A stretch of 64,000 bases of DNA from Amphiscolops sp. MND2022 (Eukaryota), in NCBI GenBank assembly GCA_964187785.1, contig OZ076409.1, positions 35,774,001 to 35,838,000 of the forward strand. The letters are read 5' to 3'. Position 1 is the stretch's first letter. Each line of letters starts with the position of its first letter. The notes below the pieces were generated by a model that saw only the letters and a list, made by a program, of their open reading frames with translations, was not told the origin of the DNA and did no database searches. Position numbers and translations under genes: made by a program. Shown one piece after another: positions 27,501 to 39,084 of this stretch.

Positions 27501-28400
27501 ATAACTCCGAAAGGTCTCAATTTCTGAAGATTTGAAAGTTTTTTGGCTCTTCGCAATAATTTTTTACTGTATTTAGCAATTTTGTCGAAAACGTAGCTTT
27601 TCGCTCGAAAAAGCTTTTGTCAAGTGTAGCATTTTGGTGTTCCTCAGTTCTTCAAAACCCAAAAATAAAATTGCAAATTCCAGATCTCGAGCTACTTACG
27701 CTGGGTTTGTATGGGACAGCAGCGTTTTCGTGTCCCCGAGTTCTTCAAATGCTCGAAAACGAATCATGGAATTCTAATTTGTAGTTGTCGAGATTTTTTC
27801 CGCTGTTGTTTTTTGATATGTCCTTCTTAACTCTTCGTGTTGTCAATGAATAACCAATTTTGTTTCAAACTTTGTCTTCGGAAAACGATGGAATTTGTGT
27901 GGCATCTGGTGCGAAACCTCTGGAGGAGCTATCTCTGGCACCTGTTGTGCTCTGTATGCACACAAGTGTTATGGGTTTCGGCTTCCTCAAAACAACTCCG
28001 AATGGTCTCAATTTCAGAAAATTTGAAAGTTTTTTGGCTCTTCACTATAAGTCTTTAGTGTATTTAGAAACCTTGTCGAAAACGTAGTCTTTCGATCAAA
28101 AAACGTTGATGTCAAATGTATCATTTTGGTGTCCCCAGTACTTCAAAATTCCAAAAATAGAATCAGAGACTTGTAATTCCTAGTTCTCGAGTCTTTTTTC
28201 GCTGTTGTTTTTTTGGTATGTCTTTCTTGACACCTCGTGTTGTCAATGAATGACCAGTTTTGTTTCAGACTTTGTGTTCGGAAAACAATGGAGTTTATGT
28301 GGCATCTGGTACGAATCCAATGGAGGAGTTCTCTCTGGCAACTTGTGTGTTCTGTATGCGATGCTAGTGTTCTGGGCTCGGCTTTCTTATTTTAACTCTG
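3558..28400 (+). repeat. Tandem satellite array, about 60 monomers of ~400 bp and ~493 bp
   Basis: Anchor cgtgttgtcaatgaataac (or close variant) recurs at 3863, 4263, ~4663, 5065, 5461, 5956, 6450, 6857 ... 27345, 27837, ~28236 (59 anchors counted). Spacings are 396-407 bp or 491-495 bp (13 long units), with one 371-bp deleted unit near 25988. The repeated ORFs in the ORF track trace the same periodicity. Confidence 0.98.
5000..8600 (+). repeat. Near-identical 1792-bp four-monomer higher-order repeat, two copies
   Basis: Anchor spacings 396+495+494+407 repeat twice; ORF-track entries recur with identical translation at +1792 (4991/6783, 5065/6857, 5461/7253, 5956/7748, 6450/8242). Confidence 0.95.
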
Positions 28401-29639
28401 AAAACATTTTTAGACTATGTTTTTGCATACATTTGATTAAATTCCTATAAAGTTGTAGATTTTCACTATTTTTACAAACTTTTTATTTTGATTGCAATTC
28501 AGTTTTTTTCCGAGATGTTATATTAGGTTGCTAGATGAGGACCTTTTTGAGAGAACTAACTTTCGTGGGGAAAAGATGAGAGATCAAAAATATGAAAGAT
28601 TGCATCCTGTTCAAGAGTTTCGCTGAAATTTTTCGTCAAGGCTTAGTGGACATTTTTCCAAGTTTCTACAATATCCAGGGAAAGTTTCCAAGTTTTTCCA
28701 AGATGCAGGGAAGTTTTACAAAGTTTTCCATGCAGGGTCCTTGATTTTTCTATGTTTTTTTTTCAAAATTTAGCCTGAATTTTATTCATGTTCTTACAAA
28801 ACTTCACGGCATTCTCAACTAGGGTGGCATGTCAAAAGCAGGTGTGGCGTCAAAATTTGAGCGTGCGACATCATCTGGCAGGTTATACTTTGTTCGGGAC
28901 ATGCGAGTGCGGCAATATAATAAGGACTCCTCGGGTTTCTCAATCAAAATTCAGAGCACCAACTCTTCCAATACTATTGCAGATCCCGAACAAGAATCCA
29001 CACGTGCTTAACACGTTCTTTGCTTTCACTGACTGTTTTGGCCTGATAATTTTTTTGTAAAATTTCAAATGCAGTTGTTTCAAATAATGACATTCAAACA
29101 AAACTCTGCTTTTGGGTGTTTTTGCTGGCTACTTCTTCATCCCCACTTTGATATTTACAACAATCAACCTGTAATCTCGAACTCGATTTTCAACTCAACC
29201 AATCAGATTATGCATATGCCTCCACCCTAATGATTGTTCTTCAACAGGGATGGGCAAAGTTTCACTGCAATTAATTGGTCTGAAAAAAATTAACTAATTA
29301 ATATTTGATAATTGGAGAAACAAAACAATCAATATAATCAAGTATAGCAATTAATTGAGAAAAAACAACATGTCTCGAGCAGATTTTAAGATCATTTATT
29401 CAAGGCATCAACAACAGTATGAATGTTCCAGAACTGAGCGTCTGGCTTTCAGAAACAACTTCTTCGAGGTGCTCTGGGGTGAATCGTTGTTGATAATCGG
29501 ATAGTCGCTTGAATTGTAACCTGTCATACTGAAAAATTGCTCGATCAATTCTGAAGTCCGTTAAAAAAACTGACAATTAATGTGGCAACAATTGAGTACC
29601 CGCACCACCCGAGTATGACTATTTCAAAACTGCATTACG

Positions 29640-30150
29640 ATACATGAGCCGCAAAAGTGAATTTTATCATCAAGTGTAATTTGTTTTCAGTGTAAAACAG
29701 TCTCGAACCGTAATTTAGTCAAGGAGTGTAACGTGTATTAGATGTTTTATTGCGTATTTCAGTCAAGCAGAGTAATGCCGATTCACGAATTTCAGTCATG
29801 AAGTGTAATTCGTAAAGAGTGTATTCCAGTCAAAAAAATGTGTCAAGTGTAAAACAGTCAAACTTTAACTAGAATTCACTTTTTGACGAATTTAGAAAGT
29901 AATTTCAAAAAATGGATTGTAGTCAAAGTTTGACTACTTTCCACTAATTCATTAATACTAGACAATTTCTTGCTGATGCTTCAAATTTGAATTCACCCTG
30001 TTACAACTTTGACTGATTTACGCTGCTTAACTTGATTGATATACACTAGAGTTTGACTGTTTTACACAGTTTTACGCTGTTTTAGTTCATTGATTTACAT
30101 TAGAGTTAGATTGTTTTACACTGATTACATTCAATACACTTTAAACGCTT
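29640..30150. repeat. Imperfect palindromic (foldback/MITE-like) element built from AGTCAA and AGTGTAA motifs; copies also at ~35490-36000 and ~38530-39020
   Basis: Left half rich in agtgtaa/agtcaa, right half in ttgact/ttacact; perfect 18-bp inverted repeat gtgtaaaacagtcaaact (29847-29864) / agtttgactgttttacac (30050-30067); central hairpin gtagtcaaa-g-tttgactac (29919-29937). No TSD identified. Confidence 0.65.
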
Positions 30151-30214
30151 CAAGTTTAATGAAATTGTTATCTTCCACTGGAACATGTCATCAATTTCCC
30201 CGCCCCCCAAACTG

Positions 30215-33200
30215 CGGGTTTGCCTTCGAAGTATGACTATTTCAAAACTGTGCACAAGTTTTTGGGAGATAGGGCGTCTTTTGCGAAAGTAAAGAAGGCA
30301 TTGAAAATTTTGAAAGCTCTCGTCACCTAAAAACTGCGACAGCTAGCAAGGAAAATGTTGCTTTGTTATCCAAAGAACTGCTGCGGCAAGTTCCTCGCGC
30401 AAACCTGAAAAACTTCCTCGCGCAAACATCGCCCAAACTTCCATGGGAAGTGTAGGCGTTGCGGTAAAAGTGGACTTACACAAGCCACTTGTATAGTATC
30501 CCAGTGCAACTTTTGCAGGCGTTTTGGCCATGAAAAGAATGAATGTTTCAAGAGAAACCCTCTTTTGAATCTAGGTCAAGTGCTGAGACAGAAAAGTCAA
30601 ACCTAGCTGAGGACTTACTTTTTTGCGAAGGTAGTGAGACTGCACTCACTAGCCAAAAATGCAAGGTGGAGGAGCACCCTTTATCCATCGACTCTGGTGC
30701 CTCCTCGCATATGTTTTTTGATCGTTCTCTGTTCTTCAACTTTAGCGAAGAAACACAACGCAAAGTATAAATGCGAATGGGACGTCTTCATCCTGATCAT
30801 TCTTATAACATTATCAGCGTTAGCAAGTTGACACAAAGCGGGGCTCAAGTGGACTTCGGACAATCTCTGAGCATTTTTGTCAATCATGATGGAATTGCAA
30901 CTATTCCTTTTGAACAGTACGATAATCGTTACGTTTTGAAAGGAAAGACATTTGATTTTTGTTCTTTTTCCGGTGAGAAAGAAGAAGCTGTGCTGTGGCA
31001 TCAACGCCTTGGACGCAACTTTTTCAAAAATTTGAAATGTTTGGCTCTTCATGTTTCGGGAATGAGTTTGAAAAACAGTGCTTTTGATAAACTTTGTTGT
31101 TGTGAAGTTTGCAAAGTTTCTAAATCAAGACGGCAACCAGTATGGCGAAAAATGGAGAAAAAAATCTTCGAAACTTGATTTCGTTCTCACTGACAGCTTG
31201 GGACCGATGCTAAATATTTTGCTTGGTGACAATCGTTACGCTATTTCCTTTGTGGATTTCTACAGCGGGTACGCAGCGGTGTTGTTCTTCAAATCGAAAA
31301 ACGAGTGCCTAGATAAACTCGAAGTTTTTTGTGCGCAAGTGGGAACGACCAGAGCAATCCGTTCTGATAGTGGGAAAGAGTATATTTCCAGTCTTTTCGA
31401 AGTTTTTGTTTATCAAACAGAATCAAAGGTGAGCATACAGCCCCTTATTTGCCTTATCAAATGGTGTGAGTAAACGTCACTGGCGAACAACAGTCGAAGT
31501 GGCTCGCTGCATGCTAAAAACAGCCAAATTCAGCAATGAATTTTGGGTTCGAGTCTTACTTAATGCTTTTTACATTTCAAACCGTTGCCTCACAGTAATT
31601 TTACCAAAATGTAAAACTCCCTTCGAATTGGTCTTTGGCGAAAAACCAGAACTTTCCAATTTGATAGTTTTTGGGTGTACTGCTTTCAAACACATTGAAA
31701 CGCATCAAGACAAACTTTCCGATAAACCAAAGAACTTTTTGTTGGTTATTGTGAGTATTCCGAAGCACACATTTTGTACAATCCTTACTCTAACCAGACT
31801 TCGTTTTCTCGCAACGTCTCTTTTGATGAGACTTCTTGTGACTCTTTTGCTGCGCACCCAAGTCAAAACATTCGAGCATTTGTTATCGAAAAGCAGGCAC
31901 CGAAAATAGTTTTGCCTGAAACACAGAAACATTTTTGCGAAAAGTCTTCACTTCCTGTTTGTTTTACCGACAGAAACATTGAATGATATCGAAACTGAAA
32001 CAACTTCTTCCTGCGTTGATGTTGTTTCATCTGAAATCATTGGGGCCATTGAAAGTAGTGTTTTCGCGGTCTCGAAGTGTGAGAGTTATCAAACCTCCTG
32101 CGTATCTTGACGACTATGTTCTGTTAACAGATGACAGTGATGAGAATCTAACTTATTGTGAAGCAATGAAGTCATAGCTTAAAAGCGAATGCATCGAAGC
32201 TACTCAAAAGGAGTACAATTAGCTCATTGAAAACAAAAGCTGGATGCTTTCTCCGCTTTCGCCGGGTCGAAAGGCAATTGGAAGCCGGTGGGTTTTCAAA
32301 ACTAAACGACACGACGACGGATCAATTGAGAAATTCAAGGCTCGTTTCGTAGCCCAAGGGGTTTTGCAAGTTAATTTGTGGGAGCAAGTAGGACGAAACT
32401 TGTGCGCCTACTGCCAAACTTTGTACCTTGAGGTCTTGTTTTGCGCTCGCTGCTTCGTGGTCGACTTTTGTTTTTCAGTTAGGCGTCCGTTTAGCGTCCC
32501 TCAATGCGAACTTAAGTGTTGAAAGTTACATAGAACAACCAGAAGGCTTTGCGCAAGCGGGGGCTAATAGTGAAACACTTTATTGCAAGCTTCAAAAATG
32601 CCTGTAAAGTTTAAAACTAGCAGGGAGTGATTGGAACAAAACCTAACTCAGTGGTTTTTGAAGAACGAATTCGTAAGTCATTTGTTTAAGTCAGCGATCA
32701 TATACAAAGGTTTTTTTGCGCAAAAGCCAGATGTTTGATTGTAAACCAGTCCGTACGCCAGCTATACCTCATACGAAACAGTCTAAATTGGACTGCCCTG
32801 TCGAAGATAGTGAAATTTCACTTGAGTTTTGCGAACAGAAACAAAATCTTAGCTTAGTTGGAAACCTAATGTATTTGTCCGTTGTTACTCACCTCGACAA
32901 TTGCTTTGCTGTCTATAACTTAGCGCAATCCCTGTCAATTCCCGGTAATGCCCTCTGGTGTGCATTGAAACACCTTGTGTAAAACCGCTCTGAAAAACTC
33001 GAACTTTTTGGTTTTTCGGATTCAGATTGGGCTACTGACAAGGAAGATCGCGAGTCAACTTCATGTTCTCTCTATGTCGTTTTGGTAGTGTTGTCTCTTG
33101 GGCGTCTAAAACGCAAAGGTGTGTGGCACTTAGCTCTTGTGGAGCCGAGAATGTTTCGTTGGCTTTGGCTGCACAGGAAGCAGTCTGTTTGCAAGGCTTG

Positions 33201-33423
33201 CTAACATTCTTCAGCTTGATGACGGTGGACTCTCCTATTTTGTTGTGTGGTGACAATCAAGGAGCACTCGCCCCGGAGAGCAACTCTGTCGCCCACAAAC
33301 GTGCTAAACACATAGAAACCCGACATCACACCTTCCATCAACTGGTTGAGGACAAACGCATTCAACTGTCTTATGTCTCTCTCCACAAAGAATAACTTGG
33401 CTTCACCCAAGCCTGCCTTCAAT
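30215..33423 (+). mobile_element. Ty1/copia gag-pol pseudogene (5'-truncated gag, PR, IN, RT with core deletion, RNase H)
   Basis: Domain order gag-PR-IN-RT-RH: GLPSKYDYFKT; zinc knuckle CNFCRRFGHEKNEC (30505-30546) preceded by a degenerate one (CRRCGKSGLTQATC); protease SIDSGASSHM; LWHQRLG and CEVC; integrase DSLGP...FVDFYSG...IRSDSGKEY; RT AIGSRWVFKTK...KFKARFVAQG; RNase H VSWASKTQRCVALSS...DNQGAL...HKRAKHIETRHH. Many stops and frameshifts. Confidence 0.95.
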
Positions 33424-33676
33424 GAGGTCTCGTCGCAACTCTTTGCATTCAGCCACCTTAATCATCAACTTAACCTTTGCCTCCCTCACAACTGAGTTAT
33501 TTCACTTTACCCACTATTATGTTTATGTTACAACTAACACTATCACGACATTCAGCTTCTCTTCAACTGATGGGTAGAGGCAACTCAACCACTGCCTTGA
33601 CACGACAGATGATCAATCACAGCGGTTCGCAATCATTAACCACCAGAAACTCTCCGAGATTCTCATAGAGCGGTGG

Positions 33677-33903
33677 TGTTAGAGACCGATGAAGGTCAAA
33701 GGACCATTGAAGGTCAACCAACTCAGAATATACCAGGCTGAACTATTTTAGTTTGTTATTGTTGTTTGTAAACATGTACTTGTTATTTTATCTTCATTTG
33801 ACTGAATCATTTTCTCAACACACATCTCAAAAAAAGGTATTGACAATATTCAATCCTCAATATTCCGACAACCCAGTAACGATCAGGACTTCAGGCCCTA
33901 ACA
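33677..33903 (+). mobile_element. Copia 3' LTR (227 bp) preceded by a polypurine-tract-like sequence
   Basis: Starts TGTTAG and ends CTAACA (6-bp terminal inverted repeat); immediately preceded by agagcggtgg; lies ~250 bp downstream of RNase H. No 5' partner upstream of gag. Confidence 0.75.
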
Positions 33904-34099
33904 AAGTCAGCAGTAGAAATGTTCTGAATACTCTGGTTGACATCGTTTGAGGTACCAAGCAAAACTGAAATGGGAGTCGGAGAAAGAGTCAAGTTCAGTG
34001 TTAACTCTGAATGAAGCGGCCAAAAACTTCAAAACAATCAGATAACTGAGTTTCAGATGAAAAGAATTGAAACAGTGTTGACAGTTTGACAATTGATGT

Positions 34100-34634
34100 G
34101 TTTACATTTAAGAATGTTTAATTGTTTTGAAGTCATTTTTATTGAAGTTCTTTGGCCCAATTCAGTGGATCCATGACGGTCACTTGTCCTAATTTTTTTC
34201 AGCCAAACGACTTGGTGTATGGTCTCTTGGCGCAATCCCATTTGGTTGAAAATCACCATGTTGAAAACGCATGGCACGTTTCGTCAAGACTTTGATATTG
34301 CAAGGTCAGCTATTTTAACAACTTCCTAGTGCCCTGAAGCAGGACGAAGTAGAGTGACGTCCATATGGCCATGCCTCAATGTTGCTACTTGGTGATGGGA
34401 GCGAAGCGAACGAGCCATACAACAAATATGCTGACCTCTTCATTTCATTTCAAACATTCCTTCAACATTTGGCTGAAATTTCATTTCAACTTTGGTCTTT
34501 AATAAATTGCTTTTAGCTATTGCTCAAATTAGAATGGTCTTGGATTAATTTTGTGGTCATTTGGCTCAACGTTATTAAACCAAATGACTCAAGGAAAAAA
34601 TATACCAAATGACTAAGCCAAGTGATTTGTAAAC
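34100..34634. mobile_element. Diverged copy of the MITE family seen at 50213-50791 (duplicate at ~37125-37659)
   Basis: Shares gttgaaaac.c.tggca, ctagtgccctg and the right end gaatgg..ttgg.ttaattttgtggtca.ttggct...agccaagtga with the 50.2-50.8 kb element. Left boundary uncertain. Confidence 0.6.
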
Positions 34635-36059
34635 TTTACATTTTCGTTTGATTGTAGAAATGGTACTAAATAATGGGGGTGGCATATCAAAAGCAGGTGT
34701 GGCGTCAAAATTTGAGCGTGCGACATCATCTGGCAGGTTATACTTTGTTCGGGACATGCGAGTGCGGCAACATAATAAGGACTCCTCGGGTTTCTCAAGC
34801 AAAATTCAGAGCACCAACTCTTCCAATACTATCGCAGATCCCGCACAAGAAACCACTAGTGCTTAACACGTTTTTTGCTTTCACTGACTGTTTTGGCCTG
34901 ATAATTTTTTTGTAAAATTTCAAATGCAGTTGTTTCAAATAATGTCATTCAAACAAAACTCTGCTTTTGGGTGTTTGCGCTGGCTACTTCTTCATCCCCA
35001 CTTTGATATTTACAACATCCAACCTTTAATCTCGAATTGGATTTTCAATTCAATCAATCAGATTATGCATATGCCTCCACCCTAATGATTGTTCTTTAAC
35101 AGGGATGGGCAATTTTTCATTGCAATTAAATGGTCTGAAAAAAATTAACCAATTAAAAATTGAAAATCGGAGACCAAAACGATCAATATAATCAAGTATA
35201 ACAATTAATTGAGAAAAAACAACATGTCTCAGGCAGAAATTAGGATCACTTATTCAAGGCATCAACAACAGTATGAATTATCCAGAACTGAGCGTTGGCT
35301 TTCAGAAACAGCTTCCTCGAGATGCTCTGGGGTGAATCGTTGTTGATAAAGGGATAATCGCTTGAATTTTAACCTGCCATACTGAAAAATTGCTCGATCA
35401 ATTTCGAAGTCCGTTAAAAAAACTGACAATTAATGTGGCAACAATTGAATTCTTGCACCGCCCGAGTTTGACTACTTCAAAACAGCATTACGATACATGA
35501 GCCGCAAATGTGAACTTTTATCATCAAGTGTAATATGTTTTTAGTGTGAAATAGTCTCGAACCGTAATTTAGTCAAGGAGTGTAACGTGTATTAGCTGTT
35601 TTATTGCGTATTTCAGTCAAGAAGAGTAATGCAGATTCACGAATTTCAGTCATTAAGTGTAATTCGTGAAGAGTGTATTCCAGTCAAAAAATTGTGTTAA
35701 GTGTAAAACAGTCAAACTTTAATTAGAATCACTTTTTGACGAATTTAGAAAGTAATCTCAAAAAATGGATTGTAGTCAAAGTTTGACTACTTTACACTAA
35801 TTCATTAATACTAGACAATTTCTTGCTGACGCTTCAAATTTGAATTCACTCTGTTACAACTTTGACTGATTTACGCTGCTCAACTTGATTGATTTACACT
35901 ATAGTTTGGTTGTTTTACACAGTTTTACGCTGTTTAAGTTCATTGATTTACACTAGAGTTAGATTGTTTTACACGGTCTACATTCAATACACTTTAAACG
36001 CTTCGATTTTAATGAAATTGTTATCTTCCACTGGAACATGTCATCAATTTCCCCGCCAA

Positions 36060-36575
36060 CTGCGGGTTTGCCTTCCAAGTATGACTATTTCAAAATTTTG
36101 CACGATTTTTCGAGAGATAAGCCGTCTTTTGCGAAAGTAAAGAAAGCATTGAAAATCTTGAAAGTTCTCGTAACCTACAAACTGCGACAGCTAGCAAGGA
36201 AAATGTTGCTTTGTTTTCCAAAGAACTGCTGCGGCAAGTTCCTCGCGCAATCCTGAAAAGCTTCCTCGCGCAAACTTTGCGCAAACTTCACTGGGAAGTG
36301 TACGCGTTGCGGTAAAAGTGGAATTAAACAAGCCACTTGTAGAGTTTCCCAGTGCAACTTTTTCAGGCCTTCTGGCCATGAAAAGAATGAATGTTTCAAG
36401 AAAAACCCTCTTTCGAACCTTAGGTCAAGTGGTGAGACATGAGAGTCAAACCTAGCTGAGGACTTACTCTGATTGCGATGGTAGTGAGACTGCACTCACT
36501 AGCCAAAAGTGCAAGGTGAAGGAGCACCCTTTATCCATCGACTCTGGTTCCTCCTCACATAGGTTTTTTGACCGT
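36060..36575 (+). pseudogene. Copia gag/protease remnant, unit 2 (pol deleted)
   Basis: AGLPSKYDYFKI, knuckle region and IDSGSSSH equivalent; joins directly to the 3' UTR at 36576. Confidence 0.85.
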
Positions 36576-36701
36576 TTCAGCTTCTCTTCAATTGATGGAT
36601 AGAGGCAACTCAACCACTGCCTTGACACGACAGATGGTCAATCACAGCGGTTCGCAATCATCAACCACCAGAAACTCTCCGAGATTCTCATAGAGCGGTG
36701 G

Positions 36702-36928
36702 CGTTAGAGACCGATGAAGGTCAAAGGACCATTGAAGGTCAACCAACTCAGAATATACCAGGCTGAACTATTTTAGTTTGTTATTGTTGTTTGTAAACAT
36801 GTACCTGTTATTTTATCTCCATTTGACTGAATCATTTTCTCAACACACATCTCAAAATAAGGTATTGACAATATTCAATCCTCAATATTCCGACAACCCA
36901 GTAACGATCAGGACTTCAGGCCCTAACA
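36702..36928 (+). mobile_element. Second copy of the copia LTR (from segmental duplication)
   Basis: Exactly +3025 from the first; 5' end mutated to CGTTAG; same downstream flank (aagtcagcagtag) as copy 1, so a duplicate rather than a new insertion. Confidence 0.75.
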
Positions 36929-39084
36929 AAGTCAGCAGTAGAAATGTTCTGAATATTCTGGTTGACATCGTTTGAGGTACCAAGCAAAACTGAAATAGGA
37001 GTCGGAGAAACAGTCAAGTTCAGTGTTAACTCTAAATGAATCGGCCAAAATCTTCCAAACAATCAGATAACTGAGTTTCAGTTGAAAAGAATTGAAACAG
37101 TGTTGACAGTTCGACAATTGATGTGTTTACATTTAAGAATGTTTACTTGTTTTGATGTCATTTATATTGAAATTCTTTGGCCCAATCCAGTGGATCCATG
37201 ACGGTCACTTGTCCTAATTTTTTTCAGCCAAACGTCTTGGTGTATGGTTTCGTGGCGCAATCCCGTTTGGTTGAAAATCACCATGATGAAAACGCATGGC
37301 ACGTTTCGTCAAGATAGTGATATAGCAAGTTCAGCTATTTTAACAACTTCCTAGTGCCGTGAAGCAGGACGAAGCGGAGTGACGTCCATATGGCCATGCC
37401 TCAATGGTGCTACTTGGTGATGGGAGCGAAGCGAACGAGCCATACAACAAATATGTTGACCTCTTCATTTCAATTCAAACCTTCCTTCAACATTTGGCTA
37501 CAATTTCATTTCAACTTTGGCCTTTAATAAATTGTTTCTAGCTATTGCTCAAATTAGAATGCTCTTGGAATAATTTTGTGGTCATTTGGCTCAAAGTTCA
37601 TAAACCAAATGACTCAAGGAAAAAATATTCCAAATGACTAAGCCAAGTGATTTGTAATCTTTACATTTTCGTTTGATTGTAGAAATGGTACTAAATAATG
37701 GGGGTGGCATATCAAAAGCAGGTGTGGCGTCAAAATTTGAGCGTGCGACATCATCTGGCAGGTTATACTTTGTTCGGGACATGCGAGTGCGGCAACATAA
37801 TAGATACTCCTCGGATTTCTCAAGCAAAATTCAGAGCACCAACTCTTCCAATACTATTGCAGATCCCGCACAAGAATCCACTAGTGTTTAACACGTTTTT
37901 TGCTTTCACTGACTGTTTTGGCCTGATAATTTTTTTTAAAATTTCAAATGCAGTTGTTTCAAATAATGTCATTCAAACAAAACTCTGCTTTTGGGTGTTT
38001 GCGCTGGCTACTTCTTCATCCCCACTTTGATATTTACAACATTCAACCTGTAATTTCGAACTGGATTTTCAATTCAACCAATCAGATTATGCATATGCCT
38101 CCACCCTAATGATTGTTCTTCAACAGGGATGGGCAATTTTTCATTGCAATTAAATGGTCTGAAAAAAATTAACCAATTAAAAATTGATAATTGGAGACCA
38201 AAACGATCAATATAATCAAGTATAGCAATTAATTGAGAAAAAACAACATGTCTCAGGCAGAAATTAGGATCACTTATTCAAGGCATCAACAACAGTATGA
38301 ATGTTCCAGAACTGAGCGTTGGCTTTCAGAAACAACTTCTTCGAGATGCTCTGGGGTGAATCGTTGTTGATAATTGGATAATCGCTTGAATTGTAACCTG
38401 CCATACTTAAAAATTGCTCGATCAATTTCGAAGTCCGTTAAAAAAAGCTGACAATTAATGTGGCAACAATTGAGTTCTTGCAAAACCCGAGTTTGACTAC
38501 TTCAAAATTGCATTACGATACATGAGCCGCAAAGGTGACTTTTTATCATCAAGTGTAATATGTTTTTAGTGTAAAATAGTCTCGAACCGTAATTTAGTCA
38601 AGGAGTGTAATGTGTATTAGCTGTTTTATTGCGTATTTCAGTCAAGCAGAGTAATGCAGATTCACGAATTTCAGTCATTAAGTGTTTTTCGTGAAGAGTG
38701 TATTCCAGTCAAAAAATTGTGTCAAGTGTAAAACAGTCAAACTTTAATTAGAATCATTTTGTGACGAATTTAGAAAGTAATCTCAAAAAATGGATAGTAG
38801 TCAAAGTTTGACTACTTTACACTAATTCATTAATACTAGACAATTTCTTGCTGACGCTTCAAATTTGAATTCACTCTGTTACAACTTTGACTGATTTACG
38901 CTGCTTAATTTGATTGATTTACACTATAGTTTTATTGTTTTAAACAGTTTCACGCTGTTTAAGTTCATTGATTTACACTAGAGTTAGATTGTTTTACACT
39001 GTCTACATTCAATACACTTTAAACGCTTCGATTTCAATGAAATTGTTATCTTCCACTGGAACATGTCATCAATTTCCCCGCCAA

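Noticed and set aside
3558-28400. CRISPR-like or variable-cassette array
   Set aside because: The whole unit is repeated; there are no unique spacers between constant repeats, no cas or recombinase gene, and the context is eukaryotic.
3508-28412. Possible inverted repeat bracketing the satellite (atgtttttcagaagt near 3510 vs actctgaaaacat near 28395), suggesting a TE carrying the array
   Set aside because: Only ~13-14 gapped matches in AT-rich DNA, no TSD, and the right copy can be read as decayed monomer.
3863-28450. About 150 short ORFs in the ORF track across the satellite as protein-coding genes
   Set aside because: They are the same monomer segment read in several frames on both strands, many with GTG/TTG starts, with no recognisable domain; not listed as CDS (residual possibility kept as a low-interest finding).
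28829-29011. ORF SKAGVASKFERATSSGRLYFVRDMRV, open in all three segment copies, faintly WW-domain-like
   Set aside because: Lacks the two signature Trp residues; an overlapping frame is equally open; persistence is explained by recent duplication.
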